A DNA stretch of 64,000 bases from Candidatus Doudnabacteria bacterium (lineage in GTDB: Bacteria > Patescibacteriota > Doudnabacteria > UBA920): the NCBI GenBank assembly GCA_038230955.1, contig JBBRMG010000001.1, positions 18,312 to 82,311 of the forward strand, written 5' to 3'. A program made the translations under genes and the position numbers. Position 1 is the stretch's first letter. Every line of letters starts with the position of its first letter. Below, one piece after another: positions 59,813 to 64,000 of the stretch. The notes beneath the pieces are model-generated. The model did not search any database and was not told the DNA's origin. It worked only from the letters and a program-made list of their open reading frames with translations.

Positions 59813-60805
59813 ATGATCCAATCAGAAACCAAAACCAAAGTCCGAGCTAACTCCCCTTTAAATGACTACATCACCGATTTCTTAGAATACTGTGAAATTG
59901 AGCGGAACCGGAGCCAGCTAACTATTCAAGCTTATGACCATTACTTACGACGGTTTGCAGAGTTTGCCCGCGAGCAAGGAATTAATACCCCAGAAAATAT
60001 TACGCTCGATACTATTCGGGCCTTTCGGCTGTATTTAAATCGTCTCCCCGCCAGAGATGGACGAAATTTGAAATTAGTCACTCAGCAATACCACATTATT
60101 GCGATCCGGGCATTTCTGAAATATTTAATTAAGCGTGACGTAAAAACTTTTGCTCCAGAAAAAATTGAGTTAGCTAAAAACCCGTCGCGTGAAGTCAGTG
60201 TGCTGACCAACGACGAGATTAAACGATTGCTCCAAGCAATTGCACAGGAGCCCTCAGAAATGCTCCAACTACGAGACCGGGCTATTCTGATAACTTTGTT
60301 TTCCAGCGGTCTGCGTATTTCTGAATTAGTCAGCTTAAAAAAGGATGGGCTGAACTTAAAGCTCGGTGAATTTACTGTTCGCGGTAAAGGTGACAAATTG
60401 CGCTTGTCTTTTTTGTCTCCCGATGCCATAGTCGCCATCAATGCGTATTTAAAAAAACGGGTTGATAATCATCCGTCATTATTCATAAGCCATAGTAAAG
60501 TTGGCGAATCTGTCACTAAACAAATGGAGGCGCAGGGCTCTAAGGGTAAAGTGATCGGGCTAACACCGCGGAGCATTCAGAGACTCGTAAAAAAATACTG
60601 TAAGATAGCGGGTATTATGCACCAAGTTAGCCCTCATACTTTCAGGCATTCCTTCGCCACAGACTTACTCCAAAATGGCGCCGACATTCGCAGCGTGCAA
60701 TCCCTACTCGGCCACGCCTCTATTACCACTACGCAGATATACACTCACATAACTAATCAGGGTCTCAGGGATATACATAAAAAATTCCATAGCGCTGCGG
60801 AGTAG
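59813..60805 (+). CDS. tyrosine site-specific recombinase, XerC/XerD family
   Basis: N-terminal SAM-like domain and the catalytic region R...HTFRHSFAT...LLGHASITTTQIYTH with the nucleophilic Tyr. Confidence 0.85.
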   Translation: MIQSETKTKVRANSPLNDYITDFLEYCEIERNRSQLTIQAYDHYLRRFAEFAREQGINTPENITLDTIRAFRLYLNRLPARDGRNLKLVTQQYHIIAIRAFLKYLIKRDVKTFAPEKIELAKNPSREVSVLTNDEIKRLLQAIAQEPSEMLQLRDRAILITLFSSGLRISELVSLKKDGLNLKLGEFTVRGKGDKLRLSFLSPDAIVAINAYLKKRVDNHPSLFISHSKVGESVTKQMEAQGSKGKVIGLTPRSIQRLVKKYCKIAGIMHQVSPHTFRHSFATDLLQNGADIRSVQSLLGHASITTTQIYTHITNQGLRDIHKKFHSAAE

Positions 60806-60817
60806 CATCAAAGAAAA

Positions 60818-60920
60818 TAAGCCTCTCATTGCAACGAAACTAGGTCGCCTAGGAGCTGCACTCACTTCCGTGAGTTGGCTCCTAACGGCTCCAATAGTTT
60901 CTCCTGCAACGAGAGGCTTA
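60818..60920. repeat. nested palindromic intergenic repeat, copy 5, in inverted orientation, between the recombinase gene and tRNA-Arg
   Basis: Outer inverted repeat taagcctctcattgcaacg / tgcaacgagaggctta. Core 60836-60901 is gaaactaggtcgcctagg...ggctccaatagtttc. Confidence 0.8.
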
Positions 60921-61017
60921 CTAATTTGCGTTACTCGCAGCTCTGTGACAATAGATTTTACCTTGCTTAAAGTCCAGTCATGTGGTATAGTTTGTGAGTT
61001 ATTTCTGAAATACATAT

Positions 61018-61094
61018 GGCCCCGTAGCTCAGATGGATAGAGCGTCAGCTTGCGGAGCTGAAGGTCGCACGTTCGAATCGTGCCGGGGTCACCA
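61018..61094 (+). tRNA. tRNA-Arg (anticodon GCG)
   Basis: 77-nt cloverleaf: acceptor GGCCCCG/CGGGGTC, D-arm GCTCAGATGGATAGAGC, anticodon loop UUGCGGA, CCA encoded. Confidence 0.8.
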
Positions 61095-61202
61095 TCAAAA
61101 AAATTATTATGTTCACTATAAAACTTTACAACTCAATTTTACCCGTACCCACCCCGACTCAATGAGACGTGGTTAATTAAAGTTGTGCGCAAACAAATTT
61201 AC

Positions 61203-61228
61203 CCGTCTCATATGAGGCGGTTTTTTGT
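61203..61228 (+). terminator. rho-independent terminator after tRNA-Arg
   Basis: Stem ccgtctca / tgaggcgg (one G.U pair), then a T6 run. Confidence 0.6.
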
Positions 61229-61318
61229 TTGTCTTCGCCCTATTAGATTCTCACGAAAATAACAGGGCGGTAGTAAATAAGGCCGGACCTTATATCTAAA
61301 TCAGAATCGGAGGATATT

Positions 61319-62128
61319 ATGAAAGAACAAAGAATTGTGATTATTGGTAGTGGTGGAAACATGGGAGAAATATTTGTTAACCGCCTTTTGGCAAGCGGAT
61401 ACCCCTCGGAACAAATCATTGGCTCAACCCGAACCAAACCAACCCAAAATCGCATGAAAGCCAACTATGGAATAGAGGTATTCCGTGACAATATAAAAGC
61501 TGTTTCCCAAGGAAACATCGTTATTCTGGCAATTAAGCCTGACGTTGTGCCAGTGGTATTGCCTACGCTACGTGATCATATTAGAAAAGACGCAATGATC
61601 ATATCAATTGCCGCAGGGAAAACTCTCGAAACCATAACCGAACTAAGTGGTTGTCCCAATGTAGTCCGCGCTATGCCCACTATTTTGGGTATAATAGGAG
61701 CCAGTCTCACGTATTGGACCAACTCAAGGGATTTACCCTCAATGCAAAAAGCTGACGCGGTAAAAATCCTGAAGACGTTGGGTAAAACGATTAACACCGT
61801 CAATGAGCAGGACATTACCAAGGCTACTATTTCTATTGCCAGCGGCATTAGTACTGTCCTCTACATTTTGGAAGCTTACGAGGATGCTTGTGTGCGTCTC
61901 GGACATCCGAGAAATGAAGCCAAAATAATCACGGAGGAAACTTTCTTGGCTACTATTTTATTTGCCAAGAAAAATACTGGTTCTCATTTGGCAGCTCTAA
62001 GGAACAGGGTGACTTCGGCTGGGGGCACTTCGGCCGAAATCCTTAGCGTGCTGGATAAAGCAGGAACTCGTGGAATTATCGGCGATGCATTAATGGCAGG
62101 TTATAATCGCGCATTAAAGCTGGGCTGA
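61319..62128 (+). CDS. proC: pyrroline-5-carboxylate reductase
   Basis: N-terminal Rossmann IVIIGSGGNMG and a C-terminal P5CR dimerisation domain. Confidence 0.85.
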   Translation: MKEQRIVIIGSGGNMGEIFVNRLLASGYPSEQIIGSTRTKPTQNRMKANYGIEVFRDNIKAVSQGNIVILAIKPDVVPVVLPTLRDHIRKDAMIISIAAGKTLETITELSGCPNVVRAMPTILGIIGASLTYWTNSRDLPSMQKADAVKILKTLGKTINTVNEQDITKATISIASGISTVLYILEAYEDACVRLGHPRNEAKIITEETFLATILFAKKNTGSHLAALRNRVTSAGGTSAEILSVLDKAGTRGIIGDALMAGYNRALKLG

Positions 62129-62139
62129 TAAATAAAAAT

Positions 62140-62189
62140 GCCGCTAATAGAAAATGTAACTATACATACTATTAGCGGCTATTATTTTA
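62140..62189. terminator. bidirectional terminator between the convergent proC and purF
   Basis: Stem gccgctaatag / ctattagcggc with an A-rich upstream flank and a T-rich downstream flank. Confidence 0.65.
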
Positions 62190-62202
62190 GACCAACTGCG
62201 GG

Positions 62203-63612
62203 TTAAGCCCTTACCGATTCTGCCCGTTCATGTAGGTCAATTGGATAGACCCCTGTAAAACAGGAGGTGGAGAACATACCCTCCGGCAAACCTGTAGCCT
62301 CCATCAATCCGTTCAGGGATAGATAGTGCAACGAGGTCGTCCCAATGTAATTCCTCACCTGTTCCACCGACATGTTAGCGGCAATCAAGTGCTCCTTGTT
62401 GGGAGTATCAATACCGTAATAGTCCGGGTACATTATGGGAGGCGAGCAAACCAACATGTGGATCTCTCGTGCTCCCGCATTACGCACCAACTGAACCAAT
62501 TCCTTGGAAGTGGTACCCCTGACAATGGAGTCATCAATTAAGACCACTCGTTTGTCATTTACGATGTGCGGCAACGCCACTAGCTTCCGCTTGACCCCTA
62601 ACCTGCGAGCATTCTGATCCGGTTGAATAAATGTTCGATGAACATACCGATTCTTTATAAACCCCTCTCGCGTAGGAATACGCAGTGTCCAACCATAAGC
62701 GGCGGCGGCGTGAGTGGCGGTTAAAGGAACAGGCACGACTACATCAGCTTCAACCGGACATTCTTGCGCTAAGATACGACCGCAATTATAGCGGACATCT
62801 TCCACAACCTTCCCGTACATAACACTATCCGGTCGGGCGAAATAGACGAACTCGAAAATATCGAGCTTGGGATTACTAGGCATCACCTGAAAAGATCGAA
62901 CACCTTTCGCGTCTACAGTGACCAGTTCGCCCGGGTTAATTTCCCGCACGAATTTGGCACCGATGACATTCAAAGCACAAGTCTCAGAAGCAAATACTGT
63001 AGCACCATTAAGCGATCCCATAACTAGCGGCCGAATGCCGCATTGATCACGAAAAGCAAACAACTGGGTCTTGGTCATCGCTACCACTGAGAATGCTCCA
63101 GTAAACAATGGGTATGCATTAATAATGGCTTGTTCATAAGACATGCCAAAGTCCTTGTACCATTGTATGGCATAGGCCATCAGTTCAGAGTCTGACTGAC
63201 CGATAATATCTTGGCCTTTTTGGCGAAGAAAATCTTCCAGAGCCACCACTGACGGCAAATTACCGTTATGAGCCAACGCAAACTCCCCTTTCACCAAAAC
63301 AGGCTGGGCATGATGTAGTCCCCCTCCCTTGGAGGTAGAATAACGGTTATGACCAACAGCAATGTCACCCCTCATGCCGCGAATTACCCACTCGTTATAG
63401 ACACTCAAAACCAAACCTTCTCCTGTGAAATGGGAAATTGCTTCCCCGTCCGAAACAGCCATGCCGCTGGCCTCTTGACCGCGGTGCTGCAAACCGAGCA
63501 AACCATCGTACGTCACCTGACTTACGTTTGACCCGGGGCCATAGACACCAAATACTCCGCATTTCTCTCGTAGTTCATCCATGAATTTGTCCTCCGTCAA
63601 TCTGACTACCAA
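62203..63612 (-). CDS. purF: amidophosphoribosyltransferase
   Basis: Ntn-hydrolase CGVFGV after a short propeptide, and a PRTase motif. Confidence 0.9.
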   Translation of the reverse strand: MVVRLTEDKFMDELREKCGVFGVYGPGSNVSQVTYDGLLGLQHRGQEASGMAVSDGEAISHFTGEGLVLSVYNEWVIRGMRGDIAVGHNRYSTSKGGGLHHAQPVLVKGEFALAHNGNLPSVVALEDFLRQKGQDIIGQSDSELMAYAIQWYKDFGMSYEQAIINAYPLFTGAFSVVAMTKTQLFAFRDQCGIRPLVMGSLNGATVFASETCALNVIGAKFVREINPGELVTVDAKGVRSFQVMPSNPKLDIFEFVYFARPDSVMYGKVVEDVRYNCGRILAQECPVEADVVVPVPLTATHAAAAYGWTLRIPTREGFIKNRYVHRTFIQPDQNARRLGVKRKLVALPHIVNDKRVVLIDDSIVRGTTSKELVQLVRNAGAREIHMLVCSPPIMYPDYYGIDTPNKEHLIAANMSVEQVRNYIGTTSLHYLSLNGLMEATGLPEGMFSTSCFTGVYPIDLHERAESVRA

Positions 63613-63776
63613 CTTACTACCAAAATAACAGTTCTGGATGAGAAAAGCGAATACTCTAAATTTTTGTTAATTATAAAAGGGTCAAACGACCCATAAAGAA
63701 AATTTTTCTATTGTAATAAAACATTTTCAATTTCTATCCTGTGCAAGTAATCCTGAATCAATTAAAGCAATCTTAG

Positions 63777-63851
63777 TGGTGCCCCCGCGAGGAATCGAAC
63801 CTCGAACAGCGGATTAGAAGCCCGCGGTTATATCCATTTAACTACAGGGGC
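63777..63851 (-). tRNA. tRNA-Arg (anticodon TCT)
   Basis: 75-nt cloverleaf: acceptor GCCCCTG/CGGGGGC, anticodon loop CUUCUAA, T-loop TTCGATT, CCA encoded. Confidence 0.85.
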
Positions 63852-64000
63852 TTGCTTCTACCCCAATATTTTAACTGAATATAGGTTCTCCGTCTATGGC
63901 AATTTGCGCATCTCACATCACATTTTTTTATTTCACTCTTAATAGTTTTCCATGAATAATGTCCAGAAAGTAGTTTGCCCACTTCTTTAAATTTATTTCC

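Noticed and set aside
59813-61094. The integrase and tRNA as the boundary of a genomic island or prophage.
   Set aside because: The flanking genes on the integrase side (rpsO, pnp, tgt) are core housekeeping genes. The recombinase has XerC/XerD-type features. No att duplication of the tRNA 3' end was seen.
1-64000. Search for CRISPR arrays, rRNA, tmRNA, RNase P RNA and SRP RNA.
   Set aside because: There are no regularly spaced direct repeats and no conserved motifs such as GGAAAGUCCGG (RNase P), AGGUCAGGUCCGGAAGGAAGCAGCC (SRP) or a tRNA-like tmRNA terminus. This was a visual scan only; covariance-model searches would be decisive.

Overview
The window looks like a small-genome bacterium with Candidate Phyla Radiation (Patescibacteria)-like traits: no L30 gene between rpsE and rplO, extended ribosomal proteins, and weak or absent Shine-Dalgarno sequences. 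Almost everything is coded on the minus strand. The main content is: (i) a complete S10-spc ribosomal protein operon from rpsJ to secY (1006-12081); (ii) an str-type cluster (rpsL, rpsG, fusA, tuf) broken up by inserted genes; (iii) a complete diversity-generating retroelement (DGR) at 23638-27587, comprising a reverse transcriptase (RT), an accessory variability determinant (Avd), a template repeat (TR) and a 698-aa target gene with a C-terminal variable repeat (VR) showing adenine-specific TR/VR differences, flanked by an RHH-PIN toxin-antitoxin (TA) pair; (iv) a cluster of a CDP-archaeol synthase (CarS)-like gene, a polymerase-and-histidinol-phosphatase (PHP) phosphoesterase and a CDP-alcohol phosphatidyltransferase; (v) housekeeping genes (glyA, leuS, metG, glyQS, tgt, pnp, rpsO, nfo, proC, purF, rpmB, parB, a Xer-type recombinase) and four tRNAs (Pro-GGG, Leu-CAA, Arg-GCG, Arg-TCT); (vi) a five-copy family of about 65-nt cores flanked by terminal inverted repeats (GAAACTA...TAGTTTC), each nested inside a copy-specific outer inverted repeat, two of them inside the ribosomal operon. 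No CRISPR array or rRNA was seen. All functional calls rest on recognisable motifs read from the translations; no database search was run.
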